Part shown: positions 55,651 through 64,000 of the stretch, piece after piece | How positions within the stretch are numbered: the stretch's first letter is position 1 | Layout of the letters: the number at the start of each line of letters is the position of its first letter | Assembly (NCBI GenBank): GCA_044344255.1 | Contig: JBIJDH010000002.1 | Location: 64,001-128,000 of the forward strand | Direction of reading: 5' to 3' | Length of the DNA stretch: 64,000 nt | Source of the DNA: Myxococcota bacterium | Lineage (GTDB): Bacteria; Myxococcota_A; UBA796; UBA2385 | The notes under the pieces: model-generated | What the model was told of the DNA's origin: nothing | What the model saw: the letters and a program-made list of their open reading frames with translations, nothing else | The model's database searches: none | Made by a program: the position numbers and the translations under genes

Positions 55651-56321
55651 TGCGGCGGGCAGCGGGCCTCGGCCCCCTGCTCTGGTTCGTCGGCGCAGGC
55701 CTGTGCTGGCCCGCCGAGGTCGCTGGGGGAACCCCGAGCGGCCCGCCAGCGCTGCTGCTGTCGGTGGAGGCCGAGTCGGTCTTCGCGGCTCGGCTCCCCG
55801 GGTTGGTGGGCCTCGCCGCGGAGCCCGCTTGCCGGAGCGTGGGAGACGGGCTCGCGCTCTGCCTCGTCATCCGCGAGGGAGCGGGCGGTCGGCGGCTGAG
55901 CCTCGCGGACCTCGCGGGCTGGGGGCTGACCCTGTTCGAGGCGGAGCGCGCGGCGCGGGCGTCGGCTGAGCTGGCCTGGGAGGCCCACCCCGCCGAGGTG
56001 AGCTCGGTGGAAGGTATGAAGGGGCGCTATTGGCTGCGCATGGAGGGAGATGGCGCTGATGGCGCGGCGCCCCTGCTCCCGGAGCGCCTCGCCACGGCGG
56101 CAGGGGGATCGCCGGTGGTCGCCTTCCCCCAACACGGCGTGGTGCTCTTCTGGCTCCCCGGGGATGCGGACTTTGACCGCGTGATGGCCGTCGGGGTCAA
56201 GCGCATGGCCGAGGCGGCCGCGGAGCCGGTGAGCGGCCGGGTCTATCGTTGGTCGGGCGGTCGCTGGGAGGTCTGGGGGGAGGCTCGGCCGCCGGCTGGT
56301 GGGGGGAGCCCGCCGGGTTAG
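55650..56321 (+). CDS. Hypothetical protein (weak DUF1444-like C-terminus)
   Basis: GTG overlaps upstream TAG; VAFPQHGVVL...EPVSGRVYRW. Confidence 0.55.
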   Translation: MRRAAGLGPLLWFVGAGLCWPAEVAGGTPSGPPALLLSVEAESVFAARLPGLVGLAAEPACRSVGDGLALCLVIREGAGGRRLSLADLAGWGLTLFEAERAARASAELAWEAHPAEVSSVEGMKGRYWLRMEGDGADGAAPLLPERLATAAGGSPVVAFPQHGVVLFWLPGDADFDRVMAVGVKRMAEAAAEPVSGRVYRWSGGRWEVWGEARPPAGGGSPPG

Positions 56322-56345
56322 GGCCGCCCGCAACGCGGAGGGCAG

Positions 56346-57104
56346 ATGGGAATCATCCGAAGCTGGGTGGGGCGCGCCGGACGACGGGCGGCCTCGGTCG
56401 TGGCGGGCCTGGTGGGGGAGGATGAGCTCTTCGAGAAGGTGGGTGAGCGGCCGAAGCAGGCCCCCCTGCCCCCTGCGCCGTCGGCGCCTCTGTCCCCGGC
56501 GCCTCTGTCCCCGGCGCCTCTGTCCCCGGCGCCTGTGTCGCCGGCGCCTGTGCCGCGCTCCGCCACACCCCCGCGGGCCCCCGCGCCCCACCCCGCCGCG
56601 CCCCGGTCGTCGTCGTCGGTGTCTTCGCCTCGGGTGCCTTCGACCCGGCCTGCGCAGGCGACCTGGGCCACGCTCGATCAGCTCCGTGCGGCGGTCGGCC
56701 CCGGTGGTCGGTGGAGGGTGGTCAATCATTGGGCCACCTGGTGCATCCCCTGCGTCGAGGAGTTCCCCGCCCTCCGCGCCCTCCACGCCGCCTTGGGCCA
56801 AGAGGTCGACATGTTCGGGATCTCCTGGGACATGTTTGATCCGCGCGGCGACGAGGACGACATCCAGGAGCACGTCGAGAACTTCGCCGTCGGCCACTCG
56901 GTCGGCTGGCCCTCGCTGATCATCGAGGGGCGGATCAAGCCGGAGTCCTTCTTCGCCGCCTTCGAGCTGTCCTACGACAAGATCCCCCAGACGTGGGTGG
57001 TCTCCCCCGAGGGGTTGGTGGTGCGGCGCGTGAACGGCGCGCTCGACGCCGCTGGCGGCCAGGAGCTGCGCGCCTTCATCGAACAGCAGCTCAAAGGCGC
57101 ATGA
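56346..57104 (+). CDS. TlpA-like thioredoxin-fold protein with Pro-rich N-terminal extension
   Basis: VVNHWATWCIPCVEEFP, IPQTWVV. Confidence 0.88.
   Translation: MGIIRSWVGRAGRRAASVVAGLVGEDELFEKVGERPKQAPLPPAPSAPLSPAPLSPAPLSPAPVSPAPVPRSATPPRAPAPHPAAPRSSSSVSSPRVPSTRPAQATWATLDQLRAAVGPGGRWRVVNHWATWCIPCVEEFPALRALHAALGQEVDMFGISWDMFDPRGDEDDIQEHVENFAVGHSVGWPSLIIEGRIKPESFFAAFELSYDKIPQTWVVSPEGLVVRRVNGALDAAGGQELRAFIEQQLKGA
56482..56552. repeat. 15-bp tandem repeat (CGGCGCCTCTGTCCC), 3 perfect plus about 2 degenerate copies
   Basis: Directly visible; encodes (APLSP)n. Confidence 0.9.
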
Positions 57105-58666
57105 GCCCCGCGCCGAAGGTCGGGCGACGCCGCACCCTCGCCGCCCTCTCGCTGATCCTGGTGTTCGCGTGCCGACCCCCGCCGCCGCCGCCGCTGCCGA
57201 CCGGTGACCCGCCGGGGCACTTCGTCCTCGCCCACACCAACGACCTCCACGCCCACTTCTTGCCGAACCGCGCCGAGTGGCTGGATGGGGGGCCGAAGCT
57301 CGGCGGCTTTGATGCCATCGGCTCCGAGCTCCGCGCGCTCCGGGCGACCCACGGCGAGTCGGCGGTGCTCTACCTCGACTCCGGTGACATCCTCTCCGGG
57401 ACGCCCTTGATGGAATTCCCCGTACACGGCGTCGCGGGGGGCGCGATGCTCGACCTGCTCGACGCTGCAGGCTGCGGCGCCTGGGCCATCGGTAACCACG
57501 AGCTCGATCGGGGGTGGGAGAACCTCGCGGCCATGGTCAAGGCGAGCCCGATGCCTGCGCTCTCGGCCAACCTGCACCGCGCCGGGCACAAGGGCGAGCC
57601 GGCCTTCCCCGGCCAGAAGACACACGAGATCTTCGAGGTGAACGGGCTCCGGGTGGGGGTGTTCGGCCTCACCACCACATCGCTCGCCCGCCTCGCCAGC
57701 AAGGACGCGATGGATCGCATCCTGGTCGAGGACCTCGCGCCCGCGGCCCGTCGGGAGGTCGCGCTGCTCGAGCCGGAGGTCGACCTCGTCGTCGCGCTCA
57801 CGCACGTCGGCCTCGACGACGATCGCCGCCTCGCGGCGGAGGTGGATGGGATCGACCTCATCGTCGGCGGGCACACGCACACGCGCCTCGTGCCGCCGGT
57901 CCGGGTGAAGGACACCTGGATCGTGCAGGCAGGGTCCTACGCGCGCCAGCTCGGCGTGGCGGAGCTGCAGGTGGAGGGCGGTCGCATCGTCTCCTTCCAG
58001 GACGAGCTGCGCGACCTTTGGCCCGACCGGGCCCCGATGGCCCCGCCGGACGACCTCCATCGTGTGGTGCGAGAGTGGCAGGGCGTCGTGGCGGAGCGCT
58101 TCGACGTGCCCATCGGCAGCGTCGAGGTCGATCTCACCCGGGACGGTCGGCGAGAGAGCCCGATCGGGCGCTTCGCCGCGGCGGTCTGCCGGAGCGCGCT
58201 GTCCGCTGATCTAGGCCTCTACAACGGGAGCGGGGTGCGGGGAGATCTGGTGGCGGGGCCGATCACCCTCGCCGACCTCTACGAGGTCTTCCCTTTCCCG
58301 AACGAGATCGTGAGCTTTCACCTCACCGGCAGCGAGCTTGTTCAGCTGCTGCTCAGCGGGCTCCAGGGTGAGCTCTCGGGGAGGAAAGCGCCGCTCCAGT
58401 GGTCGGGCCTCAGCTACTCGTGGCGGGAGCGGCTGGGGTCCCCAGAGCTCGTCACCGTGGAGATCGGCGGCAAGGCCCTCCAAGTCGATGCGACCTACTC
58501 CGTCGCCACCAACAGCTTCGTCGCCGAACAATGGGCCTCCCAGCTCGGGATGGACCCCGGCCCCCTGCGCTCCTCCGGGGTGCTCGTACTCGACGCCGCC
58601 GAGCGGCTGGTGCGTCAGGGACCGCTGAGCGCCTCGCTTCGGCCCTCCGGCTTCAAGGTCCAGTAG
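57101..58666 (+). CDS. 5'-nucleotidase / metallophosphoesterase lipoprotein (UshA-like)
   Basis: HTNDLH, LDSGD, GNHELD, THVG, GGHTHT, NGSGVR, FPFPN; VFAC lipobox. Confidence 0.93.
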   Translation: MSPAPKVGRRRTLAALSLILVFACRPPPPPPLPTGDPPGHFVLAHTNDLHAHFLPNRAEWLDGGPKLGGFDAIGSELRALRATHGESAVLYLDSGDILSGTPLMEFPVHGVAGGAMLDLLDAAGCGAWAIGNHELDRGWENLAAMVKASPMPALSANLHRAGHKGEPAFPGQKTHEIFEVNGLRVGVFGLTTTSLARLASKDAMDRILVEDLAPAARREVALLEPEVDLVVALTHVGLDDDRRLAAEVDGIDLIVGGHTHTRLVPPVRVKDTWIVQAGSYARQLGVAELQVEGGRIVSFQDELRDLWPDRAPMAPPDDLHRVVREWQGVVAERFDVPIGSVEVDLTRDGRRESPIGRFAAAVCRSALSADLGLYNGSGVRGDLVAGPITLADLYEVFPFPNEIVSFHLTGSELVQLLLSGLQGELSGRKAPLQWSGLSYSWRERLGSPELVTVEIGGKALQVDATYSVATNSFVAEQWASQLGMDPGPLRSSGVLVLDAAERLVRQGPLSASLRPSGFKVQ

Positions 58667-58703
58667 GCGCGGCCCGGTCGGGCGCCCCTCGGGCCCGAAG
58701 CGC

Positions 58704-60101
58704 TCAGTGTGCGGCGGAGTTGGACTTCGGTCGGGCGTTCCAGATCGGGATGCAGAGGCCGAGGCCGATGAGGGCCATCACGATCATCGGCGCAGGCCAG
58801 ACTGTCCAGTTCGCGGGGTCCTTCGCGGCCTCTCCCTTGGGGAGGATGCTGCCGTACAGGAAGGCCTGGGTCCCGGTGCCGAGGTAGACGAAGCCGTCGA
58901 TGATGCCGGTGACCGCGCCCGCGTTCTTCGAGCCGCCGAAGTCCATCGAGGCCGTGCCGCTCAGCATCCCGTGGACGCCGATCACGCAGAGCGACATGAA
59001 CACCATCGCCCATCCGAGGGCGGGGCTCCCCACCGCGAAGAAGGCCACCACGGCGCCGAAGAGGAGGCCCGCGTAGAGCACGCTGGCCACCGGGCCGCGG
59101 CGGCTGCCGAAGACGTGGTCGGAGATCAGCCCCGCGAAGACCCCGCCGAGGATGCCGGCCACACAGAGCAGCATGCCCCAGTTGGTGTAGACGAAGCTGT
59201 CTCCTTCGCCGACCAGCTTCGCGAAGGAGCGGTACTGCTTCATCACGGCCTGGCGGAGAAAGCCAGAGCAGAACTCGATCGCGATGATCAGCCAGATGAC
59301 CCTGTTCGAGAACATCCGTCGAAGCACGGTGCCGAGGGGGGCGGAGCCTCCTTCGCCCGAGGAGGCGTCGCCGGTGTTGAAGTCCAGAAAGCCGGCGGTC
59401 GATGGACTGTCCCTCACAAAGAACGCGGTGACGGCGACGCAGGCGGCCAGCACGCCGGCCGGCACCCAAAAGGCGAAGGCGAAGCCGAAGGCCTTGGCGA
59501 GGGCGAGGCTCCAGTCGTAGGAGAAGTAGAGCCCGAGGGAGATGAGGATGCCGAAGAGGGCGCCGAGGACGCCCCGCTCACGCACGTGGAACCAGGGGGC
59601 GTTGACCTTGACGATGCTCACCGCGCCGAAGCTCTGAAAGTACATGTTGACCGCGTTGAGGATGAGCAGGCGCTCCCGGAGGGTCTCGGCGTCAGCCGCG
59701 CCCGAGACGGTCTGCTGCATCGTGATCGCCATCCCGACGTTGACGATCGCGGAAGCGGCGGTGGCGACGAGCATCGTGGCGCGCCCCCCGAAGCGGTCGG
59801 TGAGCGGGCCGTTGATCAGGAAGGCGATGCCGTAGGTCCAGGCGCCCACGCCGTCGATCTCGTTGAAGGCCTCCTTGGTGAGGATGCCGGCCTTGTCGAG
59901 CTCGCCGACGATCGCGGAGAGGTTGTAGCGCCCGAAATATAGGAAGGCGTAGGCGAAGCCCAGCGGCACCCAGTTTTGGACGCGTCGCCGCTTGAAGGCC
60001 TCGCTGTGACCGAGCTCCACCTTGGGCAGCCGAGCGACCACAACCCCCACCGCGATCAGCAAGAGGAGGATGGGGAGGAGCTTCTCAAGCCAGACGGGCA
60101 T
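58704..60101 (-). CDS. MFS transporter, GlpT/UhpT (organophosphate) family
   Basis: YFGRYN, DRFGGR, WFHVRERG, SDHVFGSRRGP, GIIDGFVYLG. Confidence 0.9.
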   Translation of the reverse strand: MPVWLEKLLPILLLLIAVGVVVARLPKVELGHSEAFKRRRVQNWVPLGFAYAFLYFGRYNLSAIVGELDKAGILTKEAFNEIDGVGAWTYGIAFLINGPLTDRFGGRATMLVATAASAIVNVGMAITMQQTVSGAADAETLRERLLILNAVNMYFQSFGAVSIVKVNAPWFHVRERGVLGALFGILISLGLYFSYDWSLALAKAFGFAFAFWVPAGVLAACVAVTAFFVRDSPSTAGFLDFNTGDASSGEGGSAPLGTVLRRMFSNRVIWLIIAIEFCSGFLRQAVMKQYRSFAKLVGEGDSFVYTNWGMLLCVAGILGGVFAGLISDHVFGSRRGPVASVLYAGLLFGAVVAFFAVGSPALGWAMVFMSLCVIGVHGMLSGTASMDFGGSKNAGAVTGIIDGFVYLGTGTQAFLYGSILPKGEAAKDPANWTVWPAPMIVMALIGLGLCIPIWNARPKSNSAAH

Positions 60102-60169
60102 CGTTTACCTCGGGGAGCGGCTGGTTCGCCGGAGCGCCCGAGGGCACCGTCGGCGTTGGGTCGGGTATC

Positions 60170-61174
60170 TTAACTGCGGCGCTGCGGTGGGCCCGCGGGC
60201 AGATCGGCGAGGCGGGCCTCCCCGGGCTGATAGACCGTCGCGTAGAATTGAGGGTGAACCATACGCTTCTCGCGAAGCTCCGGATCGGACAGCTCCACTC
60301 GGGCCTGGAAGCCTGCGGCCATCGCCTCCTCCAGGGGGGTGAAGCTTCCGCCGAGCAGATCGCGGGTGGCGGCGGGGTCTGCCAGCAGCTCGCGGCTGAA
60401 CCAGGCGTGGTCGGCCGCGAGGCGGTGCGCGAAGCGGCGAAGGGGCCGGCCGAAGTGGGTCACGAGCGTGACCAAGGCCTGGGGGAGCACCGTGGCCTTG
60501 GCGGGGACGCCGGCCACCCGGGCGGCGAGCTCGTAGGCGGCCCGCGCGGTGATCGGCGCCTCTCCGGCGAGATCGACGGTCGCACCGATGAGGTCGTCGC
60601 GATCGACGGCGGCGGCCATCGCCCGTCCGACATCGTCAGCGGGCAACAGGCTGAGGAGGTTCTCGCCCCGAGCGGGGAGCTGGGCCCGCCCCGCGCGCTT
60701 CGCGGCCCAGGCCAGATCGATGAAGGTGTGCTCGTGGGCGGGCGCGCGGAGGATCGTCGTCGGGATCCCGGAGTCACGCGCGAGGCCCTCGAGGGCGGCT
60801 CGCTGTGCGGCGCCGTACACGTCCGGCCAAGCGGGGGCGGAGAGGCAGGAGAGGAGGAGCAGGCGCTCCACGCCCCGGGCGCGGGCGGTCTCGAAGAGCG
60901 CGCGGTGCCCCTCGATGGTCACGTTGCCGTGGTGGTTGTTGCGCTCCTCCAGGCGGACACCCGAGCAGACGACGAGGACCCGCGCTCCCTCCATCGCGCG
61001 GCCGAGGCTCTCGGGGTCGCGCAGATCGCCGAAGAAGTAACGACACGACGTGTCATTCAGCCAGTAGTACTCGCTGCCCTTGCGGACCAGGGCGCGCACG
61101 TCCCGGCCCTGGCTGCGGAGGGCGCGGACGACCGCCCCTCCGAGGCGGCCGGTCGCTCCGGTGACGAGGAACAT
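60170..61174 (-). CDS. Atypical SDR / NAD(P)H-binding protein (NmrA/Ycf39-like)
   Basis: LVTGATGRLG, VRALVR, GDLRDPESL. Confidence 0.88.
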   Translation of the reverse strand: MFLVTGATGRLGGAVVRALRSQGRDVRALVRKGSEYYWLNDTSCRYFFGDLRDPESLGRAMEGARVLVVCSGVRLEERNNHHGNVTIEGHRALFETARARGVERLLLLSCLSAPAWPDVYGAAQRAALEGLARDSGIPTTILRAPAHEHTFIDLAWAAKRAGRAQLPARGENLLSLLPADDVGRAMAAAVDRDDLIGATVDLAGEAPITARAAYELAARVAGVPAKATVLPQALVTLVTHFGRPLRRFAHRLAADHAWFSRELLADPAATRDLLGGSFTPLEEAMAAGFQARVELSDPELREKRMVHPQFYATVYQPGEARLADLPAGPPQRRS

Positions 61175-61366
61175 GCGTGGGCTCCCAGGCTCAGGGTTGG
61201 ACGGAGAGGGGGGCAGTGTCTGGGAGGGGGCGGCGACGCCGGGGAGGGCGCACAGCAGGGCAGGGCAGGGCAGGGCAGGTTGGCTCCGCGCTTGCGGCGC
61301 CGGAGGGCCAAGGGTAGCTGCGGAGCGCCGGTTTGTCCCGTGATCACGGGCCCGCGCGAGAGGTCC

Positions 61367-61867
61367 ATGCCGATGGCCGCTGAATCCCCCCCCTCCATTC
61401 TCGCGGCAGATGCCTCTGCTGTTCCCGTGGACTCCGCGAGCGCTGACGCGGCCGGCGCCTCCGGCGCTCCGGGGGCCCCCGACCTCCGCGCCCCTTCGGA
61501 TCAGGGCTCAACCGGTGACTCCCTCGGCAGCGCGGGGGGGGCCCTCGGGGAGGCCCTCGGCAGCGTGCTCCGCCTGCTCCTGAAGCGAGGTCGGGTCGAG
61601 GTGGAGCGGGTCGCCCAGGATGGGCGTCAGCGCCTGGAGCTGCGCCAGCTCCACCGGGACCGAGACGCGATGTACATGAAGATCGGCCGCGAAGTACGAA
61701 ACCTCGTTGAGGGCCGCGAGCTCGTCCACCCCGGTCTGGTGAAGGGGGTGGAGCGGATCCGGGAGCTCGATCAACGGATCGCCGAGGCTGAGGATCGTGC
61801 GAAGGCTCAGCGCAACGCGGGGAGTTCAGCGGCCTCGGTGCCGGACTCAGAGGATCAGCGCAGCTGA
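61367..61867 (+). CDS. Hypothetical coiled-coil protein
   Basis: GAGG SD; LELRQL..DRD.MY.KIG.EV helical pattern. Confidence 0.7.
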   Translation: MPMAAESPPSILAADASAVPVDSASADAAGASGAPGAPDLRAPSDQGSTGDSLGSAGGALGEALGSVLRLLLKRGRVEVERVAQDGRQRLELRQLHRDRDAMYMKIGREVRNLVEGRELVHPGLVKGVERIRELDQRIAEAEDRAKAQRNAGSSAASVPDSEDQRS

Positions 61868-61870
61868 CCC

Positions 61871-61899
61871 TTGCCAGCGCGGCAGACCATATATAAAAG
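61871..61899 (+). promoter_or_regulatory. Putative sigma70 promoter upstream of tRNA
   Basis: TTGCCA followed after 15-17 nt by AT-rich TATATAAAAG. Confidence 0.5.
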
Positions 61900-62133
61900 G
61901 GGAGCACCTTGAAGGGGGGGCACCAAAGAGTCCACCTCCTACCCGGCCACTCCGAGTTGTGATTCGACTTAGGTCGTTCGCTTTTTGGGTGCTTGTTAAT
62001 TCTCTCGTGTTTCTCTGTCACTGAATCTCGGGTTGCCGATTTTCGGTGAGTAGATTAAACATCCAGAGTCTGAATGAGGGTGACCGAATAAGGACGGAGT
62101 CAAGCGCGGCATGTTCGCGCTGACCGAAAAAAT

Positions 62134-62209
62134 GGGGTTGTAGCTCAGTTGGGAGAGCACCAGAATGGCATTCTGGGGGTCAGGGGTTCAAATCCCCTCA
62201 GCTCCACCA
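62134..62209 (+). tRNA. tRNA-Ala (anticodon GGC)
   Basis: 76-nt cloverleaf: acceptor GGGGTTG/CAGCTCC with G3:U70, anticodon stem CCAGA/TCTGG with loop ATGGCAT, GGTTCAAATCC T-arm, encoded CCA. Confidence 0.98.
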
Positions 62210-62215
62210 TTTTGA

Positions 62216-62250
62216 GGGCCACCGAGACAGTAGTCTCGGTGGCCTTTTTC
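62216..62250 (+). terminator. Rho-independent terminator
   Basis: GGCCACCGAGAC-AGTA-GTCTCGGTGGCC followed by TTTTT. Confidence 0.92.
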
Positions 62251-62481
62251 GTTTCGGTTGTCTGGTGCCCCCGCCGAGCGCCGCCTCCGCCCACGGTTCG
62301 GCCTGCGCCGTGCGGGAAGGTCACCGGCTGGCTCCGGGTCTTGCGGGAAGCGCTGTCTCGGCGTGCCCGTTTACAGCGTGGACCGATGCTGGCACCCCCT
62401 TCTCCACCGCCTTAAAGCGCACCTCCACCGGTGCCGTTCTGCGGCAACCCTTCGGACCTGCCCTCACTGCCTGGAGCCCTC

Positions 62482-64000
62482 ATGATCACCCCGTGGTCCC
62501 TCCTCACGGCCCTCGCCATCCTGCCGGCGCCGGCGCACGCCAGCGGGATCCCGAAGGCGGATTATAAGTTGAAGCTGGATAAGTACGACGTTCAGATCCG
62601 GGACTATACATTCCCGTCTGGCCTTCGGATCCTCTTCGAGGAAGACCACAGTCAGCCCATCGTCGCCGTCACCTCCGTGACCGACCACGGCAGCGGCGCG
62701 GACTACAAGGGCATGGAGGGCATGGCCCACGTCATCGAGCACCTCGCCTTTCGGGCGAAGCACGGCGACCTCCCGAAGAACATGGACCTCATCAAGCAGC
62801 TCGGCGGCAATTTCAACGCCTTCACCGCCGACGACATCACCGCCTATATGACGGTCGCCCCGAAGGACGCGCTCGTCCCGCTGATGAAGCTCGAGGCCAA
62901 GCGTTACGGCGGCTTCGCGGTCGCAGGCGTGACGCAGAACGAGCTCGACCTCGAGCGCGACATCTGTCGAAATGAGCTGCGCCAGAACTACGAGAACGGG
63001 ATCGGCGACGCCTGGACTTCGCTGCACAAGCTGCTCTTCCCCGAAGGCCACCCCTACCGGAGCCTCGGCATCGGCGGGCATGAGTCCCTCGACGCCATCA
63101 CCCTGGAGGCGGTCAACCGCTTCACGAAGGAGTTCTACACTCCTCAGTACACCACGATGGTGGTCGTGGGCGACTTCAAGCTCGATGAGACCAGCGCCAT
63201 CATTCAGCAGGTCTTCGGTGACATGCCCGAGCTGCTGCGCGACCCCAAGAACCCCACGGCTCCGCTCGCCCTGGTCGAGCCGAAGCCGCGCCTCCCTCCG
63301 AAGCAGATCGAGCCGCCTCCGCCGGTGAGCCGGGAGACGGTTCGGGTGCAGGGCGCCGTCGACCGCACCACGGTCGTTATCGGGTGGTCGATGCCCTCCG
63401 GCTACTTCGACAACCAGATCTCGATGAACGTTGCTGCGAACATGATCTCCAGCTCGATCACCCAGGCGATCGATCCGGAGTACGACCCCTACGGACCGGC
63501 CGATGAGCAGCCCTCTGCGGGCTGTGGTGCCCAGCCCAGCCGTGAAGCGACCATCGCGTACTGCTTCATCGAGCCCCCCGGCGATTGGACGCCGGAGAAG
63601 ACCATCAAGAAGGCCGCGGACGCCCTGGTCGGCACCTGGGACACCGAGATGCTCAAGATCGAGCAGTATCGGCAGATGAACAACTGGGCCTTCAACAACA
63701 GCAAGGCGACCTTTCAGTCCTCGGTTCTCCGCACCGTTGACACCGTCGCCGACATCGGGGCCGGCCGCGCCACCGACCTCGCGCTCTTCGTGCACTTCAC
63801 GGCGAATCCGGCCTACTTCTCGGGCTCCTTCGAGCAGATCTACAAGGCCGACATGGGGGAGGCGCGGGAGATGGCCCGCAAGTACCTCAACCGCGAGCGG
63901 ATGGTCTCGGTGATCGTGGAGCCCTTCTCGGACGAGGAGAAGGCACGTCGAACCGCCGCCGTCACCAACGGTCAGGAGAAGGCGGCCTACCACGGCACCC
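62482..64000 (+). CDS. M16 (insulinase/pitrilysin) zinc peptidase, secreted, runs off the window
   Basis: Own translation: MITPWSLL signal peptide, PSGLRILF, GMAHVIEHLAFR (HxxEH), NAFTADDITAY, LFPEGHPY, VVVGDF. Confidence 0.93.
   Translation, partial: MITPWSLLTALAILPAPAHASGIPKADYKLKLDKYDVQIRDYTFPSGLRILFEEDHSQPIVAVTSVTDHGSGADYKGMEGMAHVIEHLAFRAKHGDLPKNMDLIKQLGGNFNAFTADDITAYMTVAPKDALVPLMKLEAKRYGGFAVAGVTQNELDLERDICRNELRQNYENGIGDAWTSLHKLLFPEGHPYRSLGIGGHESLDAITLEAVNRFTKEFYTPQYTTMVVVGDFKLDETSAIIQQVFGDMPELLRDPKNPTAPLALVEPKPRLPPKQIEPPPPVSRETVRVQGAVDRTTVVIGWSMPSGYFDNQISMNVAANMISSSITQAIDPEYDPYGPADEQPSAGCGAQPSREATIAYCFIEPPGDWTPEKTIKKAADALVGTWDTEMLKIEQYRQMNNWAFNNSKATFQSSVLRTVDTVADIGAGRATDLALFVHFTANPAYFSGSFEQIYKADMGEAREMARKYLNRERMVSVIVEPFSDEEKARRTAAVTNGQEKAAYHGT

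Noticed and set aside
62134..62250. tRNA as integration site of an island or prophage
   Set aside because: No integrase and no duplicated tRNA 3' end seen; the terminator follows directly

Overview
Very GC-rich bacterial chromosome segment with about 50 genes. Its gene content suggests Myxococcota or a related deltaproteobacterium (inference from acidic-linker lipoproteins, Ser/Thr kinases with PEGA domains, FHA and FG-GAP proteins). From left to right: (1) a structurally unstable 2.2-7.9 kb region with two tandem FG-GAP lipoprotein genes that are identical except for a swapped 153-codon C-terminal segment, plus a disrupted VapBC-type toxin-antitoxin locus next to a degenerate copy of itself; (2) crotonase, LvaAB-like kinase pair, OM barrel and CreD genes; (3) a cobalamin-riboswitch-led operon (TonB receptor, three lipoprotein or propeller genes, ECF transporter whose S-component carries a large lipoprotein-like ectodomain); (4) FHA-EAL, two Ser/Thr kinases and a threonine-dehydrogenase-like SDR; (5) an 11-gene co-directional envelope cluster around a Dpp/Opp-type ABC transporter; (6) paralogous Cys-rich lipoproteins, OmpA, and an output-less Cache-HAMP sensor coupled to a pentameric ligand-gated ion channel; (7) assorted enzymes, a pseudokinase, an orphan Trypco1-like protein, tRNA-Ala(GGC) and the start of an M16 peptidase. 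The best candidates for undescribed systems are the Cache-HAMP/pLGIC pair, the cassette-swapped FG-GAP pair, the B12 ECF operon and the 11-gene envelope cluster. All calls come from reading motifs by eye; no database searches were run.
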